Assembly: GCA_963674735.2 (NCBI GenBank)
Contig: CAXXQS010000002.1
Location: forward strand, 96,001 to 160,000
DNA from: Myxococcota bacterium
GTDB lineage: Bacteria; Myxococcota_A; SURF-8
Reading direction: 5' to 3'
Length of the DNA stretch: 64,000 nt
Under the pieces are notes generated by a model. The model made no database searches, had not been told where the DNA came from, and saw only the letters and a program-made list of their open reading frames with translations. Position numbers and translations under genes: made by a program. Positions 20,073 to 30,170 of this stretch are shown here, piece by piece. Position 1 is the stretch's first letter. Each line of letters opens with the position of its first letter.

Positions 20073-21086
20073 CAATCCTCCACTAGTATCACTTGAACCG
20101 CAGCTTCTCCGACCTTTCGCAGGAAGGTCCGGGAACCGCAAGGTATGCCGGAATACGTCGCGCCCCCGCAAGGGGTATGACGTATTTTAGCACACGCGTC
20201 AACCCGAAACCATGGCTTTCATGGAGCTGAAAAACGACGCCGAAACGGCGACACGCGTCAGCCGATCGGCCCTCGGTGCCGGATAAAGACACGGAATCCA
20301 CGGCCGGACAAGCGTAAAATCGTATCCCTATGGTCTGGAAGCACGTGTTATCACAGGATAAACTTCCTGTTTGCAGGTCGTTTTCCGGCAGCCTTTCGAG
20401 GTCGAAACGCCGAAACGGGAAAAGGCCTGTGATATCAACGAACTAAGGGTGCCACATTGAAATATCTTTTATATATTATATTTAGTATATTATATAGAAT
20501 CGATTATACGACCGCTTTCGCTCGTGCGTTCACGGGAATTTAAGTTCCCGGCGCTTGTGGCTACAGCCGTCTATGCACCCGGAATAACAAACTATTTTAT
20601 GCAGGCCGGCTCGCGCCTGCCGCCGTTTGCAGCAAAGGCGCTTTCGTCCTCGGCCAGTTTATGCCGCGAACAGGTGTGACGTATTACGGCAAACCCGGAA
20701 AGTCGGTAGGAAATCGACCTGACCCCCCGATTTGACGCCGAAAAACGTAATGATTTCAACAAAGGCATCTGAAAGCGACGAAAAACGGCCGAAATGGACC
20801 GTTTTCAGGTCGATGGCGCATGATTGATTCAATGTTTCCCGCTCGTCAGAATTCGCCTTTCGGTGATTTCCGGTGGCTGGCCGGATCGCCTCCCGCCGGA
20901 GGCGAAGTAGCCAGCACACCCGCCGAAACGTGAAGGCGGACCCGTATTCCGATAGGAAAATGGCATCTGTCCCATATCGTCCGCCCCCGTTTCATCGACC
21001 GGGAATCGCCACAAATTCGGTTGACAAAGTCGGGACTCCGAAGCGAGAATGGGCCCTCATTTTCACGAATCTCAGGAGGAATCACA

Positions 21087-21632
21087 ATGCGGCGCACACT
21101 CTCATGGCTTATCATCCTCAGCGGACTTTTTCTTCTACAGGCCTGCGGCTCGGATAGCAGCGACACAACCGACGGCGATTCGCCTGATGGCGATTCGGGC
21201 GACAACCCCCTGATTACGGGTGAGGCTTACCTGTCATTCAAAGCCGACGGGGCCGACGTTTCCTTCGGGCCGGACGATTTCGACGTACACTACTATCCGG
21301 AAAGGGACGAAACCAATCTGATCGGACCGGATGGCGGAAGTGCTTTCATGCTGACCTTCCCAGGCGCTGCTGCCGACTCGTTCACTGAAGCCGACGTTTT
21401 TCTGACCTACGATATCGACCCCGCGCAGGGTTTCCCCTGGGGCTATGTGGCTGGCAGCGCCTATGACGGCAGCAGTCTGGATCTGACGATCACGGCTTAC
21501 GGCGAAGAAGACGATTGGATCACCGGAACCTTTTCCGGAACCTTTGTCGAAATGCACGATTCGGATGCCACCGGAAACAGCCTTTCCGTGACGGAAGGCG
21601 AATTCGCGCTTCTGCGCGGCAACGATCGTTGA
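21087..21632 (+). CDS. Acidic lipoprotein of unknown function
   Basis: ATG 21087 after AGGAGG; lipobox LQAC; DGDSPDGD linker. Confidence 0.75.
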   Translation: MRRTLSWLIILSGLFLLQACGSDSSDTTDGDSPDGDSGDNPLITGEAYLSFKADGADVSFGPDDFDVHYYPERDETNLIGPDGGSAFMLTFPGAAADSFTEADVFLTYDIDPAQGFPWGYVAGSAYDGSSLDLTITAYGEEDDWITGTFSGTFVEMHDSDATGNSLSVTEGEFALLRGNDR

Positions 21633-21825
21633 GTCGGCGTTTACGGGTTAGACCGCAGGGCACCACCGTGTCTCCGACCGTCGGGCCTGTCGGGTGAAAA
21701 ATCACCCGGCTCACCCACTCACCGTGTCCAAAACTAGCCTGCGAGAGGGAACCGCGCCGCGCTGCTTTATCCGGCTTTAAAAAAACGCCATTCAACCGGA
21801 AGCGATAGTTACAGATGGAGCGACC

Positions 21826-22698
21826 GTGATGAAGATATCTCATGAGTGCCTGCCGTGTTTTTTGAATCAGGCGTTATCCACATCCAAACGGCTGGGGCTA
21901 GCACCGGACCTCATCCATACAGTGATGATGCGCACCGTAAAAGAGCTGCAAAACGTCGAATCGTATCCGGGAACCACGCATTTCGCCCGTCGCATTCAAG
22001 GCCTGTTGAAGGAAGCCGCCCACGCGACGGATCTTTTCGAAAAAGAGAAGAGGCAAGCCAACGAATGGATGCTGCGCCTGTTGGAGGAAGAAGCCGAGCA
22101 GCTCGCCCCCCGAGACATCTCCCAGGCCATTCGCCTGGCCGTGGCGGGAAACATCATCGATTTGGGCGCAAACCCCGACCTCGATTCGCAGGAGGTCTTG
22201 CGCATCATTCAGAATGTGAAACAGGCGTCTTTTCATATCGATCACAGCCGAAACCTGTTGACGGCCATCGCAAAGGCGCAGAACATTCTTTATGTCGGCG
22301 ACAACGCCGGTGAAATCGTTTTCGATAAAATCCTGGTGTCCATGATGCCGCCGGGAAAGGTGACATTCATGGTAAGAGGGGGACCGATTCTGAACGACGC
22401 CACGCGAGCCGACGCGGAATTCGTCGGCATGACGGATCTCGTTCCGGTGATCGATAGCGGTTCGGATCTGCCCGGGCTGCGCCTGGATGAATGCTCCGAA
22501 GCTTGTTCCGAAGCTTGGGCGCGCGCCGACCTCGTCATCGCCAAGGGGCAGGGAAATTTCGAATCCCTGTGCGAGGATTCAAGCGGCAAAACCGTCTTTT
22601 TCCTGTTCATGGCCAAATGTCGCAAGGTGGCCGACATGATCGGCGGCCAGGTCGGCGATTATAACATCTTGGATAAACGGGAAATCGTTCAGCGTTGA
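21826..22698 (+). CDS. DUF89/ARMT1-like damage-control phosphatase
   Basis: ECLPC, AGNIID, GDNAGEIVFD, PILNDAT, IAKGQGNFESL, KC motifs. Confidence 0.9.
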   Translation: MMKISHECLPCFLNQALSTSKRLGLAPDLIHTVMMRTVKELQNVESYPGTTHFARRIQGLLKEAAHATDLFEKEKRQANEWMLRLLEEEAEQLAPRDISQAIRLAVAGNIIDLGANPDLDSQEVLRIIQNVKQASFHIDHSRNLLTAIAKAQNILYVGDNAGEIVFDKILVSMMPPGKVTFMVRGGPILNDATRADAEFVGMTDLVPVIDSGSDLPGLRLDECSEACSEAWARADLVIAKGQGNFESLCEDSSGKTVFFLFMAKCRKVADMIGGQVGDYNILDKREIVQR

Positions 22699-23218
22699 CA
22701 CGCCGAGACAGACCTCCGAAAAGAGCCCTAACCGCCATCGCAACGGCTTGGTGTTTTCGGCAGTCCGGCGTGCCTGTCGAACCTGCCGGACGAATGTAGC
22801 GCCCACTGCCACCGTCACAAAAAACGGGCACCCGCCCGTCGGCAACAAAGCCAAAGCAGAGCGGGTGTCGGACAATTTAACCAAATTGGGATGTCTTGCC
22901 TCATCGGATGTGATCAGAGTCCTAACGCATTCGATATCGTCGTGTGCCTGTCGGCCACATGCGGTTTCAACGCATCGCTTGCAGCACTGACGGAGTTGGC
23001 AAAGTCGCTGGAGCTCCCGAGAAATGTGGGGGGGCTTCTTTCAGGCTCCGACCCTGTCACATATGGCGCGATCAATTCATGGTAGACGTCGATTTTGGCA
23101 TTGACGAAATCGATTTCAAAGCCTGTTTCGAGAGCAGAGGCCGAGTGTGCCTTATAGATCGTTCTGTATGTGAATCATCAATACAGAGCCCCCTTTCGCT
23201 GGGATATTCTCGAAAAGC

Positions 23219-24016
23219 TCAATCGGATTGCTGTTTTAGCAATGAATCGATTTTGCTCGCCGCCATTTTTCCGGACTCATATCCAAGCTGAAAGATATCG
23301 AGCATCTCGGTTGTTTGGAAAACGCCGTACCGCTCGATGCCCGGCGGAGTAATCAACAGGTCACAATACCGGCTCTTCTCATCCTGATCCGCATGGTATC
23401 GAAGATCCATGACCCGCTCGATGATGCCGCGGATCGATTCAAGATCTTCTCTGAATGCCTCGTGATGAGGATCGACGTTGACCCCGATGACGAAGTCGCA
23501 GTTTTGCCGCAAAGATTCAACCGGGAAGTTATCGATAATACCACCATCCATATACAACTCTCCTTCCCATTCGACCGGACTGAAAACAATGGGGAAGGCG
23601 GCGGAAGCGAGTACTATCGGCCAGAGCGGACCCGAGTCAAAGATCCTGAATTTCCCGCTGAGCATGGCGGTAACTCCGATATACAGGCGGTGCTGTAGAT
23701 CCTCAAAGGTGTCCACATGGACGAACTGCTTGATCGGTTCGATGTAATTAAGCGTGCTGAAAAACGAAGGTTCTCCCAGCGCCACATTTCGGATACTGAG
23801 GGGGTCCGTTTCCGTCCAGAAATCGAGCATTTCCTTCGTGCTGCAACCGGCAGCGGCCATCACGCCGACAAGACCTCCCGCACTAACACCGCTGAAAGCC
23901 TCGACCTCAATGCCCCGTTCTCGCAATGCCTGGATAACGCCGATATGCGCCAATCCCCTCACGCCCCCACCGGACATAGCCAAACCGATCCGCATGTGCC
24001 ACCTCCGCTTTGTCAC
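23219..24016 (-). CDS. Patatin-like phospholipase
   Basis: SGGGVRG, GVSAG (GxSxG), DGG. Confidence 0.92.
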   Translation of the reverse strand: MTKRRWHMRIGLAMSGGGVRGLAHIGVIQALRERGIEVEAFSGVSAGGLVGVMAAAGCSTKEMLDFWTETDPLSIRNVALGEPSFFSTLNYIEPIKQFVHVDTFEDLQHRLYIGVTAMLSGKFRIFDSGPLWPIVLASAAFPIVFSPVEWEGELYMDGGIIDNFPVESLRQNCDFVIGVNVDPHHEAFREDLESIRGIIERVMDLRYHADQDEKSRYCDLLITPPGIERYGVFQTTEMLDIFQLGYESGKMAASKIDSLLKQQSD

Positions 24017-24065
24017 GAACCATTTGTAATCTTACAAACTTACGACCGAGCGTCAACACCGAAAC

Positions 24066-24245
24066 GGCGTTTCAATTCTAAGCTTTTCACCGTTTTCCAC
24101 CTACTATAATTCGGCTTAGGGGGTGCCATGGGCCAAGCCTTTGGCTTGCCCATGCTGTTTTCACGGGCAAACCTGACGGTTTAGCCCGTGCCACCCATCA
24201 CCAATCGAAGATAATTCGAGACTCAATCAGAATTGAAACGCCCTA
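24066..24245. mobile_element. MITE-like element with 14-bp inverted repeats
   Basis: GGCGTTTCAATTCT (24066-24079) is the exact reverse complement of AGAATTGAAACGCC (24229-24242). Direct repeat CAACACCGAAAC flanks it at 24054 and 24246. Another copy of the end lies at 24836-24852. Confidence 0.65.
24121..24196. repeat. REP-like double hairpin
   Basis: CATGGGCCAAGCC-TTT-GGCTTGCCCATG and CACGGGCAAACC-TGAC-GGTTTAGCCCGTG, enclosed by GGGTG..CACCC. Confidence 0.65.
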
Positions 24246-24486
24246 CAACACCGAAACAGCACCGACCCAATGACCATCTTTCGCTCCCGCTTCTTTTTTC
24301 AATACCTGCTCGGTGTGATGCCTGCAAAAGAAAGAAGTCGATGCCCGCCAGGTTGATGCAGTCGGCGTTAGTCAGATGAAATAGTCAGGATCATCCCGTT
24401 TGATTCAAATATCCGTACAAGTTGTTTTTCACGCTTGGACTCATTCATATCCGCCATTTTCTCGGATCCAAATAACGATGAACAAT

Positions 24487-24721
24487 TGACCTGCTACCCT
24501 GAACCGAATCCAGTTTTTGAGTTAGATTTTTACTGGTTTGGCCTGCTCCCCATTTTACGGAGGATTTCTGCAACAGGAACACCACTTTCAACTTGCCTCA
24601 AGGCAAACGCAATCTGCTCCTCGCTGTATCGCTTCTTCTTCATCTTGTCTCCTTTCCTCATCGATCCAGTATACCGCAAATTATGTGAGTCGCACTGGAT
24701 CGGGATTCGGGGAGAAGACCA
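24487..24721 (-). mobile_element. Internally deleted IS3-family (IS407-group-like) element
   Basis: TG...CA ends with imperfect IRs sharing ATCCAGT; mini-ORF 24643-24530 MKKKRYSEEQIAFALRQVESGVPVAEILRKMG resembles the OrfA N-terminus. Confidence 0.8.
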
Positions 24722-24919
24722 CCTTCAATATTTCGCTTCAATCCACCCGATTTCATCTTCCATCAAACCGCCGAAGCCACCCGGATGAAGTTTTCGGGAC
24801 ACACGGGGAAAGTCCATCGAATTAATTCCAAGAAACAGAATTGAAACGCCCTGTATCGATGGATTTCCGGCTTGACCCCGGCGTGTTCTCATGCATAGTG
24901 GTGGAGATACCCGAGGAGA

Positions 24920-25909
24920 ATGAATGCAACGGACATCCATGCAACGAAGAACGCCGGAAGCCTGCGGGGCCGCTTCATGAGCGACGCCCCGACGACCGTC
25001 ATCATCAACGCATCCTGCCGCAGCCTGCGCAACGCGCGGGCCTACCGGCGAGTTGTTGCGCTGTTGGAGCGCGCTTTGCCCGACTGCCGCATCGAATCGA
25101 CCGCTGCAAGCGGCGATGCCGCCCGCCTGACACGCGCGGCGCTGCATAAGGGATCAGACCGTATCGTCGCTGTAGGAGGCGACGGCACGCTCGGCGAAGC
25201 CGTCGACGGCTTTTTCGAAGACGGTGTACCGATCGCACCCGATTCGGCTTTCTCGTATATCATGTGCGGGACGGGAAACGATTTCATGAAAACGCTCGGG
25301 GGCGCGCACGATGGGGATGCTTTCGTCGCCGCCATGGCAAAACCGCGCGAAAAGCAGATCGATGTCGGAAGGCTCACGTATGTCGATTTTCACGGCGCAA
25401 CCCGCAGCCGCCATTTTTTGAACATCGCGAGTTTCGGTATGAGCGGGGCAGTCGACCGGCAAGTCAACCGCATGCGCTTCAAGGGGCTGTTCGGCGGAAG
25501 GCTCACCTTTCTTCTGGCGACGGCGCGGGTGCTGCTCGGTTTCCGAAATCCGAGCGTGCGCTTTCTCGTAGACGGCATGGAGGCCGCCGAGCGGCGCATA
25601 CGGCTGGTCATCGTGGCGAACGGACGGTATGCCGGGGGCGGGATGCTGTTCGCTCCCGATGCTCTGCTCGACGACGGCCTGTTCGACGTCGTGACCTTCG
25701 GGGACCTTTCATCCACTCGTATTCTGCGCCACATGAATGATATTTACAAGGGTGAGCATCTCAACCACGAAGGAATCGAACATTTCCGCTGTAGGCGAGT
25801 CGATGCATTTTCGAACGAGGAGGTGCTGCTCGACGTGGATGGCGAAGCGCTGGGAAAGCTGCCCGCGAGCTTTGAAATCGTACCGAACGTACTTCGCGTG
25901 CTCTACTGA
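24920..25909 (+). CDS. Diacylglycerol kinase family lipid kinase (YegS/DgkB-like)
   Basis: VGGDGT, GTGNDF, NIASFG, NGRYAGGG, DVDGE; true start may be ATG 24977. Confidence 0.9.
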   Translation: MNATDIHATKNAGSLRGRFMSDAPTTVIINASCRSLRNARAYRRVVALLERALPDCRIESTAASGDAARLTRAALHKGSDRIVAVGGDGTLGEAVDGFFEDGVPIAPDSAFSYIMCGTGNDFMKTLGGAHDGDAFVAAMAKPREKQIDVGRLTYVDFHGATRSRHFLNIASFGMSGAVDRQVNRMRFKGLFGGRLTFLLATARVLLGFRNPSVRFLVDGMEAAERRIRLVIVANGRYAGGGMLFAPDALLDDGLFDVVTFGDLSSTRILRHMNDIYKGEHLNHEGIEHFRCRRVDAFSNEEVLLDVDGEALGKLPASFEIVPNVLRVLY

Positions 25910-25920
25910 AACTTATCCTT

Positions 25921-26838
25921 TTATCCGACAATTTCGAAATCACCTAAACAGGCCTCGCAGGCCGCGATTTCCTCCGCCGTCATAAAGCGGGTGAAGGGAA
26001 ATTCCAAGGGCTGGCCGAGCGACGCAGCCTTGTCCGGCCACGTGGGATTGTATGGCAGCAGGGCGACTCTCGAAAAGCCATGGCGCTTCAGCCAGTCGGC
26101 AATGCCTTTCAGATTCGCGGACGTTGCCGTCACCTCGGGTACGAGCGGGATCCGTGGCAACAGTTCAAGCACCCGGCTCTGCGAAATCTCCCACAGACGC
26201 AGTATATTCGCCAGAATCGTCTCGTTGCCTCGCCCGCAATACCGGCGGTGCTCGTCCGGATCGATCAGTTTAAGATCCACGTACACCGCGTCGAGCCAGG
26301 GCAGCATCAGGCGCTCGAATCGTTCGAAGTCGAAGCTTCCGCAGGTTTCGAGCAGGGTATGGATACCGGCCTCCTTACTCGCGCGGAGTAGCCGATTGCA
26401 GAACTCGGGGTACAAGGTCGCCTCTCCGCCGCTCAACGTCAGGCCGCCGCCGGAATTCGCAAAGAAAGGCCGATCGCGCACAAGCGTGGTCACAATATCA
26501 TCCACCGGGAGAGCGGCACCGTAGCGTTTCATCGACAGGGTGGGGCAGGCGTCCGAGCAGAGAAAGCAGCGTGTGCAGGCCGTGCGGTCGATGAAGCGAT
26601 CTTCGTCTGGACGGATGGCGCCTTCCGGGCACGCATTCAGGCAGGCCAGACAGCGGATGCAGGTCTGCGCGTCGTGCGCTAGTTCAGCCTGTGCGGATTT
26701 GGATTCAGGGTTGTGACACCAGGTGCAGGAAAGTGGGCAGCCCTTGAAAAACACGGTCGTGCGGATGCCGGGCCCGTCGTCCAGGCTGTTGCGTTTGACC
26801 GCCAGGATCAGAGGCGTCTTACCGGTTGCTCGATCCAT
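25921..26838 (-). CDS. Glycyl radical enzyme activating enzyme (radical SAM with ferredoxin insert)
   Basis: DGPGIRTTVFFKGCPLSCTWCHNPE; two CxxCxxCxxxCP motifs; SGGE. Confidence 0.93.
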   Translation of the reverse strand: MDRATGKTPLILAVKRNSLDDGPGIRTTVFFKGCPLSCTWCHNPESKSAQAELAHDAQTCIRCLACLNACPEGAIRPDEDRFIDRTACTRCFLCSDACPTLSMKRYGAALPVDDIVTTLVRDRPFFANSGGGLTLSGGEATLYPEFCNRLLRASKEAGIHTLLETCGSFDFERFERLMLPWLDAVYVDLKLIDPDEHRRYCGRGNETILANILRLWEISQSRVLELLPRIPLVPEVTATSANLKGIADWLKRHGFSRVALLPYNPTWPDKAASLGQPLEFPFTRFMTAEEIAACEACLGDFEIVG

Positions 26839-26841
26839 CGT

Positions 26842-29799
26842 TCACACTCCATATTCGGCGCGCTCGATGAGTTCAAGCTGCATGTCCCGGTTCAACGTCA
26901 CGAAGTAGGCGTTGTAGCCGGAGATGCGCACCAGCAGGTGCGGATAGTTCTCCGGATGAGCCATGGCGTCGCGCAAGGTATCCGAGGTGACGATGTTGAA
27001 CTGCATCTGCATGCCGCCCAGATCGAAATAGCTTTTCGCATACGCCCTGATGCGGTCGATGGTGGCGCGATGACCGTCCTTGGCGTCGGGCATGATTTTG
27101 ACGTTGAAGGCGATGTTGTTGGGCATATGGTGGGGATTCAGGGACGCCACGTCGCGAATCGGATCCAGCAGGGTGTCCGAAGCTTCGGGGCGCGGAGTCA
27201 GTCCGGGCGTGAAGGATTTGCCCGCCAGTCTTCCGGAGGGGAGCGCCCCGGCTAAACAGCCGAATGCGACGTGATTGGACATCGACCAGAACCCGGCCGT
27301 ATAGGGTCCGCCGCGAAAATTCGTATGGCCGCGCAGGCAGTCGTTGGTGAAGCCGGTCAGGCGGTTTGCAATAGCCAACGCCTCCACATCGCCGGAGCCG
27401 AATTTCGGCAGCCGGTTCAAAATGCGGGCGTGCAGGGCGGGATCGTCGGCGAAGTTCGTATCGATCGCTCTTTTAAACGCGGAAAAGGTGAGTTCCCGGG
27501 TTTCGAAAACGAGTTTTTTGATCGCGAGCAGGGAGTCGGTAACATCGGCCAGGCCGATGCATGCCATGCCCGTCGTGTTGTAGGTCGCGCCACCCGCAGT
27601 GACGTCCTTGCCGGATTCGAGGGTTCCTTCGATCATGGACGAAAGTAACGGCGTTGGGCGAATCAGGGCGTGCGCCTCGCTCAGATAATAGTTGTACTCG
27701 CAGACCTGATCGATGAGGAAGCCGTACTGCGCGGTGAAGGCGTCGAAGAAGTCCTCGAAGGTCGCGAACGCGTCTCGTTCGAGGTTGCCGGTTTCCGGAC
27801 CGATCTTCCAGTCCATGAGCGGATGTTTGCCGTTGTTGAGCGCCATCTCCAGCGCGGCCACCATGTTCATCATGATGTTGCCGGTGTGGCCCATGTGTCT
27901 GCCGGAAATCGTTGGTTCCACGCAGCCGGTCGCCGCCCAGTCGCGGCGGTGTTCGTCCGGGTAGCCGAAGCTTTCAAGCGCCGTCAGCACCGCTTCGTCG
28001 TTGTGCATCGATGGCGTGGCCGCGGTAAGCAGGTTCACTTCGCACAGCCGCTGCAGATAGGTTTCCGAGTTGACCCCGCGATGGAAGCGGGCGTTGACGT
28101 TCGGATCGCGGATCGCGAGCAGTTCGGTTACCTTAAGGAACACATACGTCATGTCGTTGACCGCGCTCGATCCGTCCGGCTTCACGCCTCCCAGAGTGAT
28201 CGCTTGGTCGGATGAGCTTCCCCCGAACAGAAAATTGCCGATATCCGGGATCAGCGGCAGATGATCCGTGCAGCGCATGTAGAAACAGCCGACCAGCTCC
28301 ACAACCCGCTCGATGTATCGCCGCCTCTCCTCGGCCGACTGCAGGGCTTCAATTTCCGCATGGAAATAGGGCTGCAACCACTGGTCCATTCGCCCAAGTG
28401 ACAAGCCCGCGTTGGTGTTTTCCATATGCAGCGCCACCCACACGATCCATATCGCGTTGAGCGCTTCATGCAGCGTTCGTGCCGGATGCCGTGGGGCGTG
28501 GCGACAGAAACTCGCCAACTCGTTCAGTTCGCCCGCCCGTTCGGCGTCCGCTTCGATCTCGGCCAGTCTCGCCACCTCGCTTGCCAAATTATCCGCGTAG
28601 ACTTCCACGCCTTCCAGGCAACGCAGCATGGCGCGAAGCACGTTGCGCCTGCTACGCTCCTTCTCGTCCATCTTCGACAGTTCCCGCTCTATCTCGGCCG
28701 CCATGCCGCTCGTGCCGAGCCGAAGCAGCTTGGGGAAATCGGCGATCGTGTGGGAGATCGCGACCGTTTTCCAGATGAAATACACAGCGAAGCGCTCGTC
28801 GAGCTGCTGGCACAAGGGTTCCCCGTGCTTGCGGCGCACCCATTCGCGAATGTTCCGCTTCTCCCAGAAGGGGAAAACGTCGTGATGCAGGACGCGGCGG
28901 GTATCTTCCGACACGTCGTAGGGATTCAACTCCCGCTCGTGGGCCGAGAACAGCTCGCCCCAGATCGTGGTCGCATGTGTGTCGGGATAAAGAACTACGC
29001 CGATCTCCTCGGTGGTCGTGGTTCCGGCCAGCAGGTCGTTTTCACGGATGATCGGTTTTTTGTTCGCCAGAAGGTGGTGGAGCAGCTCCGCCTGCCGAAG
29101 TTCCGGGACCCACGCGTTTCCTTCGCTATCCGTTTCGAACCCATGTCGCCTGCACCAGTCGGTGACCAGTGCAGCGCGCTCGTGACAGATCACGGGCTTT
29201 TTCGTGAAGTGGATGTCGCGAAAAGCGGCCAGGCGCGGAAAGTCGCTCAGCGAATACGCGGAGAGGTAGGGATCGTCGAGGTGCGGCGCGTCCTGGTCGA
29301 ATTCGCCGTGCAAGCGTTCGCGCCGGATCGGCTGTGGTCGGGACGACTTGCCGTTCTCCTTCGACGAGCCGTTCGCGAACGGTTTTGCTGCGAGCTTTTT
29401 CCGTCGCATGCGGCTGTGCTTGTTCTTCAGCAGCACGGCCAAAAGGAAATTGAACTTGTTCATGGTGGCCAGGTTGCCGCTGATGCGCAGTTTGTTCTGC
29501 AGCATCAGGTCCATGACCTCCTCGGGCGTGACCGAAAGCATGTCTTTCAGAACCGTCAGGTCCTTGAAGGTCATGACGGTGTCCACCGCTTCGGGAATGT
29601 CGCGAAGAGGTCGAACGACGCCCCTTTCAACCCGAACCCCAAGGCGGACCGCATCGTCCACCGTCCGCAATCCGATGGAGAAGTCCATCCACCCATCGAG
29701 GTCACGGAGATAGTGACGGTTGGACGGGCGTACGCGATACAGGACACCCATCAAGCGCAGTAGGTTGTAAACAACCGCTTCCGACATACGTGCGTTCAT
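26842..29799 (-). CDS. Glycyl radical enzyme (PFL-like, GCVE Cys loop) with N-terminal SCP2-like domain
   Basis: Start moved to ATG 29799 (GGAGG RBS); GRMDQ, ATGCVEP, QMQFN, LVRISGY; N-terminal DTVMTF...MLQNKLRISGN resembles SCP2. Confidence 0.88.
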   Translation of the reverse strand: MNARMSEAVVYNLLRLMGVLYRVRPSNRHYLRDLDGWMDFSIGLRTVDDAVRLGVRVERGVVRPLRDIPEAVDTVMTFKDLTVLKDMLSVTPEEVMDLMLQNKLRISGNLATMNKFNFLLAVLLKNKHSRMRRKKLAAKPFANGSSKENGKSSRPQPIRRERLHGEFDQDAPHLDDPYLSAYSLSDFPRLAAFRDIHFTKKPVICHERAALVTDWCRRHGFETDSEGNAWVPELRQAELLHHLLANKKPIIRENDLLAGTTTTEEIGVVLYPDTHATTIWGELFSAHERELNPYDVSEDTRRVLHHDVFPFWEKRNIREWVRRKHGEPLCQQLDERFAVYFIWKTVAISHTIADFPKLLRLGTSGMAAEIERELSKMDEKERSRRNVLRAMLRCLEGVEVYADNLASEVARLAEIEADAERAGELNELASFCRHAPRHPARTLHEALNAIWIVWVALHMENTNAGLSLGRMDQWLQPYFHAEIEALQSAEERRRYIERVVELVGCFYMRCTDHLPLIPDIGNFLFGGSSSDQAITLGGVKPDGSSAVNDMTYVFLKVTELLAIRDPNVNARFHRGVNSETYLQRLCEVNLLTAATPSMHNDEAVLTALESFGYPDEHRRDWAATGCVEPTISGRHMGHTGNIMMNMVAALEMALNNGKHPLMDWKIGPETGNLERDAFATFEDFFDAFTAQYGFLIDQVCEYNYYLSEAHALIRPTPLLSSMIEGTLESGKDVTAGGATYNTTGMACIGLADVTDSLLAIKKLVFETRELTFSAFKRAIDTNFADDPALHARILNRLPKFGSGDVEALAIANRLTGFTNDCLRGHTNFRGGPYTAGFWSMSNHVAFGCLAGALPSGRLAGKSFTPGLTPRPEASDTLLDPIRDVASLNPHHMPNNIAFNVKIMPDAKDGHRATIDRIRAYAKSYFDLGGMQMQFNIVTSDTLRDAMAHPENYPHLLVRISGYNAYFVTLNRDMQLELIERAEYGV

Positions 29800-30170
29800 C
29801 GTGCCTCCGCCCGGCGCCCAGCATCGGCGGTTGTCCGACGGCTTGCGCGGGTTCGATGCGTTCAGGTACATATACGAGCGTGATTATAAGAGAAAACGGA
29901 AGTTTCCACAAACCGATAGCGCATAATCCGCATCGCATGGGTCCGGATGGGGTTGCGACGCACGGCGGTGACGAAACCTTTGACGGATTTCGCCGCCAAG
30001 CGGCTCACGATCTCTCATAACAATTGGGGGCACTGTCGGGGGCAGGTCATCTCAGATCCGTAAATGGCCGGGTAGATCCTTGGCTCAATAACCACTGTTA
30101 AGCATTCTCACGTGGTTCTCTTTCCGGTCGGGATCTTCAAACTGTGATAGGATAGAGCATCGTCGCGAAT

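Noticed and set aside
20440-20520. Chromosomal oriC
   Set aside because: No TTATCCACA boxes seen and no dnaA/dnaN/gidA neighbours
22720-23200. Short ORFs or left att site of the tRNA-Val island
   Set aside because: No recognisable motifs and no duplicate of the tRNA-Val 3' end found by eye
24066-24852. ATTGAAAC copies resembling CRISPR repeat ends
   Set aside because: Only three, in mixed orientation and irregularly spaced; better explained as MITE/IS inverted repeats
26842-29799. Pyruvate formate-lyase linked to the FDH operon
   Set aside because: Has a single-Cys GCVE loop rather than the Cys-Cys pair of PFL
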